Assembly: GCA_903862845.1 (NCBI GenBank)
Contig: CAIOZS010000059.1
Span: 1 to 62,572, forward strand
Direction: 5' to 3'
From: an uncultured Thermoleophilia bacterium
GTDB lineage: Bacteria; Actinomycetota; Thermoleophilia; UBA2241
DNA: 62,572 nucleotides
Of the stretch, positions 43,084 to 51,798 are shown in pieces. The translations under genes and the position numbers were made by a program. Below the pieces are notes generated by a model. It saw nothing but the letters and a program-made list of their open reading frames with translations, did not search any database and had not been told where the DNA came from. Within the stretch, counting starts at the first letter, position 1. Each line of letters starts with the position of its first letter.

Positions 43084-43803
43084 TCAGAGCCCGCCCGGGC
43101 TGAAAGTCGGCAGCCAGCGGCTCATCTGCTCGAGCACGCCCAGCATCATGAGCACACCGAAGGCGAACAGCAGTACCCCCGCTCCGACCTGGATGGCCCG
43201 GTAGTGCCGCTTGACGACGCCGAGGCGCGCGTTCATCCAATCGAAGGCCAGAGCGGCGAGGATGAAGGGCACTCCGAGGCCGGCCGAGTAGACGAGCAGA
43301 AGCAGCGCGCCTGACACGGCGCTCCGGCTCGTGGCCGCCATGCTGAGAATGGCGCCGAGGACGTAGCCCACGCACGGCGTCCAGCCGACGGCAAGAGCGG
43401 CGCCGGTGAGAAAGGCGCCGCCGGCGCCCGCGTGCCGGGGGGTCATCCGCATCACCGCCTTGGGCAGGCGGATGACGCCGGCCACCACGAGGCCGCTGAA
43501 GGCGATGAACGCGCCGGCGGCGATGGTCAGCTCGTGGCGGTAGCGGATGAGCAGCCGGCCGACGCCGCCGGCGCCGGCGCCCATCGCCATGAACACCAGG
43601 GTGAACCCGGCGACGAACAGCAGCGCAGTCCAGAACAGGCGCCGGCGCTCTCTGCCCAGACGGTCCACGGCGACGCCCGAGATGAACGAGAGATACACCG
43701 GCAGGAGGGGGAGCACGCAGGGCGAGACGAACGAGAGGAGGCCGGCCAGAAACGCCAGGCCGACGCCCGAGAGGCTGAGCGTCGTGATCTGGGCGGCGAT
43801 CAC
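43084..43803 (-). CDS. ccdA: Cytochrome c biogenesis / thiol-reductant transfer protein CcdA (DsbD-like core)
   Basis: 239 aa and 6 TM segments. 'FLAGLLSFVSPCVLPLLPVYLSFISG' plus a second conserved Cys in 'WTPCVGYVLGAIL'. Confidence 0.9.
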   Translation of the reverse strand: MIAAQITTLSLSGVGLAFLAGLLSFVSPCVLPLLPVYLSFISGVAVDRLGRERRRLFWTALLFVAGFTLVFMAMGAGAGGVGRLLIRYRHELTIAAGAFIAFSGLVVAGVIRLPKAVMRMTPRHAGAGGAFLTGAALAVGWTPCVGYVLGAILSMAATSRSAVSGALLLLVYSAGLGVPFILAALAFDWMNARLGVVKRHYRAIQVGAGVLLFAFGVLMMLGVLEQMSRWLPTFSPGGL

Positions 43804-43860
43804 GGGCCGGACGTGGTCACCGGCTCAGACCGGCCCGCAAGCACGGCGGCCCCGCCTTGA

Positions 43861-44346
43861 TCACAGGGTCTTGGCGAAGTCGGTGGTGAACTGCTCCAGG
43901 CTCGCCGAACCGACGATGCGGTCGACCTCCTGGCCGCTCGCGTTGTAGAAGATCGTCGTCGGCACCCCGGTGATGCCGTCTTTGGCGCCGAGGCTGTTGT
44001 CGTCGAGCACCACCGGGTACGTGAGCCCGTACTTGTTCATGAAGCCGACCACGTCACTCTGCTGGTCGTTGACGGCGACACCGACGAAGGCAGCCTTGCC
44101 GCTCTGGGCCTTGGAGAACGTGGAGAGCGCGGGGGCCTCGGCATTGCACGGTCCGCACCACGAGCCGAAGTAGTTGACGACCAACGGCTTGCCCGCATAG
44201 TTCGCCACAGCGAAGTCCTTGGGCGACACGAACTGGACGTCCGCCGAGGAGGCCGGCGAGCCCGAGTGGCCGCAGGCACCGACGGCCGACGCCGTCCCAA
44301 CGACGACGAGGAGCGCAACCAGGAGCCAGGCCATTCTCGTGTGCAT
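43861..44346 (-). CDS. TlpA/ResA-family thiol-disulfide oxidoreductase, probable lipoprotein
   Basis: 161 aa from the ATG at 44346. Signal peptide with the lipobox-like 'SAVGAC'. Thioredoxin motif 'NYFGSWCGPCNAEAP'. 'GVPTTIFY' carries the cis-Pro. Confidence 0.85.
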   Translation of the reverse strand: MHTRMAWLLVALLVVVGTASAVGACGHSGSPASSADVQFVSPKDFAVANYAGKPLVVNYFGSWCGPCNAEAPALSTFSKAQSGKAAFVGVAVNDQQSDVVGFMNKYGLTYPVVLDDNSLGAKDGITGVPTTIFYNASGQEVDRIVGSASLEQFTTDFAKTL

Positions 44347-44497
44347 CACTTCCCCTTTGCGTGCGATGATCGAAGACCGGCGGTCGCGGCGCCGCGCTTG
44401 TCGGCAGAGCTTACCCGCTGAGCCGGTGCTTGCGCTGCGGCGCCGTCGAGGTATAATACCCCCTAGGGTATCAAGACACCATTCGACCGGGAGTGCC

Positions 44498-44695
44498 ATG
44501 GCTTCCTACGATCTGATCTGTGAGAAGTGCGACCACGCGTTTGAGGTGTTCTGTCAGGGCTTTCTCAAGGACGAGGATCGCGTGTGCCCCGAGTGCGGCT
44601 CGGAGGATGTGCGCCAGAAGTTCTCGAGCTTCCTGCGCAACCTCGGCGGCGCCGACGCCGGCTGCGCGCCTTCGGGCGGCACCCGGTTTGGCTGA
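44498..44695 (+). CDS. FmdB-family zinc-ribbon protein (CxxC...CxxC)
   Basis: 65 aa, 'MASYDLICEKCDHAFEVF......VCPECGSEDVRQKFS'. GGGAG lies before the ATG at 44498. It is the C-terminal part of track ORF 44219..44695. Confidence 0.8.
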   Translation: MASYDLICEKCDHAFEVFCQGFLKDEDRVCPECGSEDVRQKFSSFLRNLGGADAGCAPSGGTRFG

Positions 44696-44738
44696 GGCTG
44701 AGCTCCCGCGGCGCGGTCGCGCCGCACGGTCCGACGAT

Positions 44739-44783
44739 GAGAAGGGCGGGGCGCCCGCAGGGCGCCCCGCCCTTCTTCGTTCT
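44739..44783 (+). terminator. Rho-independent terminator after the fmdB-like gene
   Basis: A perfect 16-bp GC stem, GAAGGGCGGGGCGCCC-gca-GGGCGCCCCGCCCTTC (44740-44774), is followed by TTCGTTCTC. Confidence 0.8.
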
Positions 44784-44930
44784 CGCCGTGCCCATCCCGG
44801 CGCGCGTGCCGGCGCGAGGCGGCGGCAGCATCGTCTCGCCGCCGGGAAGCCTCAGGAGTAGACTCCGCGCCACCAGCGCCGCGGGGCGGCGGGGCGCCCG
44901 CTCCGATCTTCCATCTGCTAGCATCGCTGC

Positions 44931-45902
44931 ATGCACGTGCTCGTCACCGGCGGCGCCGGCTACATCGGCAGCGTGATCGCCGCGCGCCTTCTGACGCGCG
45001 CCCACGCGGTGACCGTCTACGACGACCTTTCGCGGGGTCACCGCGCGGCCGTCCCGGCCGGAGCGGCTTTCGTCGAGGGTGACATCCGCGATCAGGCGTG
45101 CGTGCGCAAGGCGCTCCGCGAGGGCCACTGCGACGCGGTCGTCCACATGGCCGCGCTGGCCGAGGTGGGCGAATCCGTGGAGCAGCCGGAGCGCTACCAC
45201 GACGTGAATGTGAATGGCACGGCGGCCGTGCTCGCGGCGGCGGTGGCCACCGGCGCCGGCCGCCTCGTCTTCTCCTCTACCGCCGCCGTCTACGGCGAGC
45301 CCCGGCGCGTGCCCATCGATGAGGACGACGAGCTTGCGCCCACCAATCCGTACGGCGCGAGCAAGCTCGCCGGCGAACGCCTGCTCGAGCAAGCGAGGGA
45401 GGCCGGCGACCTCGCCTTCACGGCCTTGCGCTACTTCAACGCCTGCGGCGCCGACGGGCCGCGCGGCGAGGACCACGACCCCGAGTCGCACCTCATCCCT
45501 CTGGCGCTGTCTGCGGCCAGGGACGGCGGCGCGCTGCGCGTGTTCGGCAACGACTACCCCACGCCCGACGGCACCTGCGTGCGCGACTACGTGCACGTCG
45601 CCGACCTCTCCGACGCCCACGTCCTCGCTCTGGAGGCGCTGCCCGCCGTCCAGGGGGCCTTCAATCTGGGCACCGGCCGCGGCGACTCGGTGAAGCGCGT
45701 GCTCGACACAGTCTCTTGCGTCACCGGCCTGGAGCTTCGCCACGACATGGCGGGGCGGCGCGCCGGCGACCCACCGGCGCTCGTGGCGGGCGGGCGGCGG
45801 GCGGCGACGCGCCTCGGCTGGCGCCCGCAGCGCAGCCTGGAGGACGCCGTCCGCGATGCCTGGACCTGGATGCAGGCGCGGCCAAGGGGATACGGAGACT
45901 GA
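44931..45902 (+). CDS. galE: UDP-glucose 4-epimerase
   Basis: 323 aa. 'VLVTGGAGYIGS', 'SSTAAVYG', 'PYGASKLAGE' (YxxxK) and 'RYFNACGAD'. Confidence 0.9.
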   Translation: MHVLVTGGAGYIGSVIAARLLTRAHAVTVYDDLSRGHRAAVPAGAAFVEGDIRDQACVRKALREGHCDAVVHMAALAEVGESVEQPERYHDVNVNGTAAVLAAAVATGAGRLVFSSTAAVYGEPRRVPIDEDDELAPTNPYGASKLAGERLLEQAREAGDLAFTALRYFNACGADGPRGEDHDPESHLIPLALSAARDGGALRVFGNDYPTPDGTCVRDYVHVADLSDAHVLALEALPAVQGAFNLGTGRGDSVKRVLDTVSCVTGLELRHDMAGRRAGDPPALVAGGRRAATRLGWRPQRSLEDAVRDAWTWMQARPRGYGD

Positions 45903-45946
45903 CAAGCGCCGCCAGGGCCGAAGGCGCACCGGGCCGCCCAGAAAGC

Positions 45947-45971
45947 GGCGCCGGCCGCGACGGCCGGCGCC
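45947..45971. terminator. Hairpin between convergent galE and rrf2-family genes
   Basis: GGCGCCGGCC-gcgac-GGCCGGCGCC forms a perfect 10-bp stem. On the minus strand it is followed by GCTTTC. Confidence 0.4.
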
Positions 45972-45975
45972 TGAC

Positions 45976-46392
45976 CTAGGCCACCGGCTGCGGCGCCAGC
46001 GTCCTCAAGGTCACAGAGTCCAGAACGTCCATGAGCTGGGCCTGGGCGCGCTGCCACGCCTTGTGCAGCTCGCAGTCGCCGCTCCGCGAGCAATCCTCGG
46101 GCCAGAGCACGCACTGGTTGAGCGCGATGGGCCCGTCCACCGCCTCGATGATGTCACGCATCGTGACGCCTGCGGCGGGGCGCGCCAGGGCGAAGCCTCC
46201 GTGAGCGCCACGCTGCGACACCGCGAGGCCAGAGCGCACGAGGCTCTGGAGGATCTTGGCGAGGAAGCTCTCGGGGATGTCCTGCGCCCGCCCGATGTCG
46301 CGCAGCGAGGCCACGTGGCCCTCGGGGAAACGCGCGAGGTAGGTCATGGCGCGCACGGCGTATTCGCCGCCGCGAGTGAGCTGCAGTCCCAT
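45976..46392 (-). CDS. Rrf2-family transcriptional regulator (three-Cys Fe-S type)
   Basis: 138 aa from the ATG at 46392. 'LTRGGEYAVRAMTYLA', 'IPESFLAKILQSLVRSGLAVSQRGAHGGFALA' and 'CVLWPEDCSRSGDCELH'. Confidence 0.88.
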   Translation of the reverse strand: MGLQLTRGGEYAVRAMTYLARFPEGHVASLRDIGRAQDIPESFLAKILQSLVRSGLAVSQRGAHGGFALARPAAGVTMRDIIEAVDGPIALNQCVLWPEDCSRSGDCELHKAWQRAQAQLMDVLDSVTLRTLAPQPVA

Positions 46393-46650
46393 CGACGCCC
46401 TCTTTCGGCAGGAGACCGGACAGAAAAGGTCCTGTTGAACTCTATCTGGGCGTCGAGCGAGCGTCAACCGCCCGGTGCGAAGGGCCGCGGGCGGCGAAGC
46501 GCCCCCCGCGACCCGCATGTTAAGCGCCAGTTAAGCTTGATTAGGCGCCCGTCGCATTCCTTCCGTTTGCGGGCAAAACGCGGTCGCCATAGGAAGGGGC
46601 GGGTGCTATCCTCCCAAAGCTTGCGGCCTCTCAGGCACGGAAGGACAAGC

Positions 46651-47295
46651 TTGAAAAGGCACTACGTACTTGCCGGAGTCGGCGTCGCGGCGCTCGTTGC
46701 CGCAGTGATCGTCGTGGTCGGCACCAGCTCCGGAAGCGGCGATGCGGCGGGCACCGTCGCCAAGTCGTCGACGGCCGGGCAGTCTCTGCCGCCCGGCCAT
46801 CCGGCGGTCGACGGCAAGACCGGCGAATCCACGCCGGCGCCGGTCACGAACGATGCCCTCCAGCAGAAGATCGCCGACCTCGAGAGCGCCAGCGCCGACC
46901 AGCCGGCCAACGTCGCCGTCCTGCTCGAGCTCGGCGATGCCTACTTTCTCGGGCAGCGCTACCAGCAGGCGGCGCGCACGTTCCGCGCAGCGCTCGCAAT
47001 CGACCCCGGCAATCCCACGGCCACCGTGCGCCTCGCCATGGTCTGGCACGCCGACGGCGAGTCGCAGCGCGCCGCGCAGGCCATCAAAGGCGTCCTCGAG
47101 AAGTCCCCGGGAAACCAGGAAGCCCACTACTCGATGGCCATCATCTACTTCTCGGCTGATCGCCTCGACGAAGCGAAGAGCGAGTGGGAAGCGGCCGCGA
47201 AGCTCGACCCCTCGAGCGCTATCGGGCGGCGCTCCCAGAGCTTCGTTGACCTTCTTGAAGGCAAGCAGACGGCCGCGCCGGCCGGCGGCCAGTAG
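46651..47295 (+). CDS. Membrane-anchored TPR-repeat protein
   Basis: 214 aa from the TTG at 46651, preceded by GGAAGGA. One N-terminal TM, a low-complexity linker, then TPR-like 'LLELGDAYFLGQRYQQAARTFRAALAIDPGN...' repeats. The track ORF (from 45856) is an antisense extension across rrf2. Confidence 0.7.
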   Translation: MKRHYVLAGVGVAALVAAVIVVVGTSSGSGDAAGTVAKSSTAGQSLPPGHPAVDGKTGESTPAPVTNDALQQKIADLESASADQPANVAVLLELGDAYFLGQRYQQAARTFRAALAIDPGNPTATVRLAMVWHADGESQRAAQAIKGVLEKSPGNQEAHYSMAIIYFSADRLDEAKSEWEAAAKLDPSSAIGRRSQSFVDLLEGKQTAAPAGGQ

Positions 47296-47308
47296 TAAGG
47301 GCCGGCCG

Positions 47309-48406
47309 CTACTCCACGCGCTCGAGGCGCGGGTTGGGGCGATGCTCCCGACCCACCTTTGCACAGGGCGCGCCCTCCAGACGCACGACGTCGGCGGTGA
47401 AGTCGGCGATCCCCCTGAGCAGGCTGCTCCCCACACCGTAGGCGTCGGCCGGCACCCCGGCCGCCTCGAAGGCGGAGATGCGCTCGGCGGTGAAGCCGCC
47501 GCTCACCACGATCCTGACGCGCTGGAAGCCTTCCGCATCCAGCGCCCGCCGCACCGCGCGCACCAGCTCAGGAGCCACGCCGGTAGGACGGAAGCTCCCC
47601 ATGCCGGCCCACAACGAACGGTCGACGAGCGTCTCCGAGGTGTCCAGGCGGACCCCCCACAAGCGGTCGCCGAGAGCCCGCGCGCAGGCGAGGCTCGTGC
47701 CGACGCAGTCGTTGTCGAAGTCGACCAGCGCGGTAACGTTGAGCTCTGGGTAGTACGTGTCGGCAAAGCGCCGAGTGGCCAGAACGGTGTCGCCGCCGCA
47801 GGCGGCGATCAGCCCGTGAGGCACAGTGCCGATGCCCTTGCCGCCCCACCAGGAGGCCTGGGCGTCGGTGCTGACGCCGAGGGCTCCGGCGACGTGGGCG
47901 GCGTAGCCGTCGCCGCTCTGCACCGGGTAGAGGTCAAAGCGCGCCGGAAAGAAGAGGATGGGCTTGCCCGCGGCAGCGTCCACCACGCGGCGCACGTTCG
48001 TGCCGATCAGCGTGCGCCGCGTGAGCGCGCCGAGAAACACGGTCTCCAGGTGAGCAAAGAGGCTGTAGTCGCCGGCGATCGTCAGGACCGTCTCCCAGGC
48101 GGCCACCTCGTCGCCGTCATGCAGGGCGGCAACCTCGAGCCGGTCCCAGCCCGGCGCCCACGAACGCGCGGCCGCCTCTCCGGCATACCGTCCGGCGCAC
48201 AGCTTGAGCATGGCGAGCGCCTCGTCCACCCCTCCGAGCAGCGCGCGTTTCTGCTTCTGAAAGACCTGCATCGTGACCAGGGGATGCAGGTCCTGGGCCT
48301 CGAGGACGCCCTTGGCGCAGTTGAAGTAGGCGTCCGAGTAGTAGCCGTCGCGCAGTTGTTGGACGGGAAGGGCGAAGACCTCGGGTGACAGGCGTGTGCG
48401 CGGCAT
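47309..48406 (-). CDS. Nicotinate phosphoribosyltransferase-family protein (short archaeal/thermophile type)
   Basis: 365 aa. 'DGYYSDAYFNCAKGVL', 'GTVPHGLIAA', 'VRLDTSE' and 'IVVSGGF' resemble the NaPRTase/QPRTase TIM-barrel family. Confidence 0.7.
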   Translation of the reverse strand: MPRTRLSPEVFALPVQQLRDGYYSDAYFNCAKGVLEAQDLHPLVTMQVFQKQKRALLGGVDEALAMLKLCAGRYAGEAAARSWAPGWDRLEVAALHDGDEVAAWETVLTIAGDYSLFAHLETVFLGALTRRTLIGTNVRRVVDAAAGKPILFFPARFDLYPVQSGDGYAAHVAGALGVSTDAQASWWGGKGIGTVPHGLIAACGGDTVLATRRFADTYYPELNVTALVDFDNDCVGTSLACARALGDRLWGVRLDTSETLVDRSLWAGMGSFRPTGVAPELVRAVRRALDAEGFQRVRIVVSGGFTAERISAFEAAGVPADAYGVGSSLLRGIADFTADVVRLEGAPCAKVGREHRPNPRLERVE

Positions 48407-48427
48407 GGCGTGATCCTCCGGAAGCCG

Positions 48428-50080
48428 TTAGAGCCCGAGCCGGACGCCGACCTCGGCAAGCACCTTGCCGGGCGTGACGTCGAAGCGCAGCGTGTAGGTG
48501 CCGGCCGCACCTGCCTCGAGCAGGAGAAAGCGGTCCGGCGACCGGCTCAGCGTGCCCGGGCCGCCGGTGAGCGTCCAGTAGGGTGACCACGTGACCTTGA
48601 GCAGATAGGTGCCGGCCTGATCGACCTGCACGGTGAACGCGCGGTGCCCCATGCTGGTCACGCGCGCGGTGCCGCCGTCCAGGCCCACGGCGAGCGGCTC
48701 GGCGTCGCGCAGCCGGTACACGGTCCAGGCGCCGGCGCGATCGACTACTTCGAGCTCGGGAGACGTCTCCAGGATCTTCACCTCGCGCTGGCTCCACGGA
48801 TCGAGCGGCGCGTTGGCCAGGAAGACGTACTGCACGCCCATGCGGCGCAACCAGGCGACATAGGTGGCGGCGTCGTAGGGCGTGTAGAAGAGAGCGTTGT
48901 GGATGGCGTCCGCCTGGCGGTACCAGCCACGCGTGATGGGATAACCGGCCGCGGGGAAGTAGTCCGCCTCCCAGTGGCGGCGCAAAGCCACGACGTGGAT
49001 ACGGTAGTTCGGGTCGTAGTGCCGCGCCGCCGCGGCCAGAGCCGGGGCGAAGAAGCTCGCCCGCGTCTGCGGCCATTCGTCGGTGCGCGTGAAATGGCTA
49101 TACGGAGCACTGATCTGAAGGAGCCCGAACAGCACGATGGGAATGACGGCCAGGTCGCCGTACGGGAATGGCCGCTGCAACCGGGAGTGACGGAGCAGAA
49201 AGAGCAGCGGCAGGCCGAAGACGAAGAAGAAACGCCCGATGTTGTTGCCCAAGGGGCTGCCCGGGGTCACGAAGGAAAGCACGCAGACGGCCGCATACGT
49301 CAGGAACAGGACGACGAACGGTCGCCGCGGGTGAGCGGCGTTGACGCCGGCCAGCGCGAGGCCGGCGAGCGCGAAGCCCAGATAGAGCAAGAGCTGCGAG
49401 GTCTCGTTGAGGTAGCCGCCGGGCTCGCTGAAGGCCGCGCCGAGCGCGACGCGCAGGACGATGAACGGCGCGAGCGCGCCGATGAACCATACGTAGCGGC
49501 GGCGCAGCGGCGGCCGCGCGACGACGTCGGACAGCATGAACGGCAGGCACACGACGAAGGCCATCGGGTTGGCGAAGATGCCGATGGCCATGGGCAGCGC
49601 GGCCCACAGCGGCCGCTTTCGCGCCAGCAGGGCCAGTCCGCCCATGGTGAGCGCGAGCCCGAGGACGAAGGGGTCCTGACCGTGCGCGAGATACACGCTC
49701 ATGATCCCGGCGAAGGCCCAGGCGGGCCAGATGTCGTCGATGCCCCACATGTCCCGCTGGTAGATGTAGTAGAGGACGGGCAGCAAGCCGGCTGAGGCGA
49801 TCACGATCAGCTTCGACGGCACGTACAGAGCGAGAAGGTAGAAGACAAACCCGTAGTTGGCGGCGCCATAGGCGCCGCCGTACCAGAAGTTGTCCCAGAA
49901 TACCGACTCGCCGCGGCGCAGAAGAAGGACCTTGTACGCGTGAGCGGCGTCGTCCCAGCCGGGCAGCCCGCCGCGATACATCAGAACGGCGACGAAGGCG
50001 ACGGCCGCCGTGCCGCAGAGCCAGAGCATGACGAGCCCACGCCGCGACTTGAGGCGCGCTTCGACAGCGGCCAGAGTCAC
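48428..50080 (-). CDS. Polytopic membrane protein with a C-terminal soluble domain, GT-C-glycosyltransferase-like (function inferred); paralog of 50077..51798
   Basis: 550 aa and about 11-12 TM segments. The first loop reads 'WDDAAHAYKVLLLRRGESVFWDNFWYGGAYG'. The C-terminal ~200 aa are non-membrane. GTGA overlap with the upstream paralog. Confidence 0.8.
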   Translation of the reverse strand: MTLAAVEARLKSRRGLVMLWLCGTAAVAFVAVLMYRGGLPGWDDAAHAYKVLLLRRGESVFWDNFWYGGAYGAANYGFVFYLLALYVPSKLIVIASAGLLPVLYYIYQRDMWGIDDIWPAWAFAGIMSVYLAHGQDPFVLGLALTMGGLALLARKRPLWAALPMAIGIFANPMAFVVCLPFMLSDVVARPPLRRRYVWFIGALAPFIVLRVALGAAFSEPGGYLNETSQLLLYLGFALAGLALAGVNAAHPRRPFVVLFLTYAAVCVLSFVTPGSPLGNNIGRFFFVFGLPLLFLLRHSRLQRPFPYGDLAVIPIVLFGLLQISAPYSHFTRTDEWPQTRASFFAPALAAAARHYDPNYRIHVVALRRHWEADYFPAAGYPITRGWYRQADAIHNALFYTPYDAATYVAWLRRMGVQYVFLANAPLDPWSQREVKILETSPELEVVDRAGAWTVYRLRDAEPLAVGLDGGTARVTSMGHRAFTVQVDQAGTYLLKVTWSPYWTLTGGPGTLSRSPDRFLLLEAGAAGTYTLRFDVTPGKVLAEVGVRLGL

Positions 50081-51798
50081 TGCCGCAGCTCCGCCTCGGC
50101 CGTCTCGGCCAGATCGAAGCGCAGCGCGTAGACGCCCGCGGCCGGAGCGCTGAAGACCATGAAGCCGTAAGGGTCCTTGTGCAGAAGGGCGCTTCCGTGC
50201 GGCAGCGCCTCGTCCTCCCAGGAGCCGTCGCGGCGGCCGTCACGACCCCGCTGCGCGGGGTCGTCGGGGCGCCGCGCCACCAGCCAGTACGGCGACCAGG
50301 TCAGCTTGACCAGATAGGGGCCCGGCCGTGAGACGCTGAAGCTGATGCTCGTGTGGTCCATGGTGAGCACCGACGCGGAGGCGCTGGCCAGCGGAACCAC
50401 GAGCGGCTCGCTGTGCCCCAGGCGGTACACCGTCCAGTCGGCGCCGCGGTACACGACCGTGAACTCGCGCGAGCCGCTCAAGATCGCCGCCTCGCGGCGC
50501 GCGTCGGCAACGAGCGGCGCGTGGGGGACGAAGACGTAGCGCACGCCCATGCGCCTGAGCCAGGACGAGTAGGCGCCCGTGTCGAGGCTCCGATCGTACA
50601 ATTCCTGATTGTGGAGGGCGTCGTCCTGCCGGAACCAGCCACGCGTGATGGGGAAGCCCGCGGCCGGGAAGTAGTAGGACTCCCAGTGCATCTCCGGAGT
50701 CACGACGTGGAAGCGATAGTTCGGGTCGTACACACGGCCGGCGTACTCCACGGCGGTGGCGAAGAACGCCGCTCGCGTCGCCGTGAAGCTCTGCGCGTGA
50801 GCCAGCATCCAGACGGGGAAGGCGAGCTGGAACGCCAGCACGGCGGCGACGGCCGCCACGGGCACGATCCTCGGCAGCCGGCTGGGCCAGGCCACGGCGA
50901 CGATCAGCGGCGCGCCGAACACGTAGAAGAAGCGCCCCGCGTTGCTCCCAATCGGCGAGTCCGGCAGGAGATAGGCCGGAACGACGACGACCAGCAACGC
51001 GATAAACACCCATTGAAGGGCCCGGCGCTCCGGCGCGGGGCAGCGGCGGGCCAGGGCGATGCCGATGAGGGCGACGATCGTGAGGCCGCCCAGCTCGGCC
51101 ATGTAGTGATACTCCCACGACGGGGCGGCAAAGACGGCCGCCAGGGCGATGCGCAGTACGCACACGGGGATCAAGGCGAGCGCGAAGACGCCGATGCGTC
51201 GTCGCGCCGTCGGGCGCGCGACCAGTGCCGCCAGCAGGAAGATGCCGCCGGCGACCAGGGCCAGCGGATTGGTGAAGACGCCCAGCGCGCAGGGCAGCGC
51301 CCCGAGCAGAGGGTGACGGCGCGCCAGCAGCACCAAGCCGGCCATGGTGAGGCACATGGCGAGCAGGAACGGTGCCTGCCCCCAGGCCAGATAGACGACC
51401 ATGACCGCCGCGAGCGTCCAGGCGGGCGCCCGGCCGCGCACGCCCCAGCCGTCGCGCAGGTAGAGGTGGAAGAGGAGTGGAAGCAGGCCGCCGGAGACGA
51501 CGGTCAGGAGCGCCCCGGGGACGAACTGCGCCAGCCAGTAGTAGATGATGCCGTAGGTGAGCGTGCCATAGCTGCCCCCGTACCAGAAGTTATCCCAGAT
51601 CACCGACTGGCCGTCGCGCAGCAGGGCGATCTTGTAGAGATGCGCCGGGTCGTCGCCCCCGGAGATGCCGAAGACGTGCATGGCCAGCATGGCCACGGCG
51701 AGCGCCGCGAGCGGCGCCACGGCCAGCCAGAAAAGGGAGCCCCGGGCGGGCAGACGCAGAGCTCGCGGAGCCTCAAGCGCCGCGACGGGGCTGCTCAC
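50077..51798 (-). CDS. Polytopic membrane protein with a C-terminal soluble domain, GT-C-like; paralog of 48428..50080
   Basis: 573 aa from the GTG at 51798, which overlaps the upstream stop as GTGA. 'GGDDPAHLYKIALLRDGQSVIWDNFWYGGSYG' and 'ITRGWFRQDDALHN' are collinear with the paralog. Confidence 0.8.
   Translation of the reverse strand: MSSPVAALEAPRALRLPARGSLFWLAVAPLAALAVAMLAMHVFGISGGDDPAHLYKIALLRDGQSVIWDNFWYGGSYGTLTYGIIYYWLAQFVPGALLTVVSGGLLPLLFHLYLRDGWGVRGRAPAWTLAAVMVVYLAWGQAPFLLAMCLTMAGLVLLARRHPLLGALPCALGVFTNPLALVAGGIFLLAALVARPTARRRIGVFALALIPVCVLRIALAAVFAAPSWEYHYMAELGGLTIVALIGIALARRCPAPERRALQWVFIALLVVVVPAYLLPDSPIGSNAGRFFYVFGAPLIVAVAWPSRLPRIVPVAAVAAVLAFQLAFPVWMLAHAQSFTATRAAFFATAVEYAGRVYDPNYRFHVVTPEMHWESYYFPAAGFPITRGWFRQDDALHNQELYDRSLDTGAYSSWLRRMGVRYVFVPHAPLVADARREAAILSGSREFTVVYRGADWTVYRLGHSEPLVVPLASASASVLTMDHTSISFSVSRPGPYLVKLTWSPYWLVARRPDDPAQRGRDGRRDGSWEDEALPHGSALLHKDPYGFMVFSAPAAGVYALRFDLAETAEAELRQ

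Noticed and set aside
45856-46650. The first ~265 aa of the 479-aa plus-strand ORF ending at 47295
   Set aside because: It is antisense to the Rrf2 gene and crosses the intergenic region. Only the C-terminal 214 aa (TM plus TPR repeats, with its own SD-like GGAAGGA) look real.
46393-46650. AT-richer stretch with TTAAGC repeats and an AAGCTT-centred partial palindrome, as a possible Rrf2 operator
   Set aside because: The symmetry is imperfect and I cannot match it to a known Rrf2 box by eye. It is plausibly a promoter region, but the evidence is too weak to annotate.
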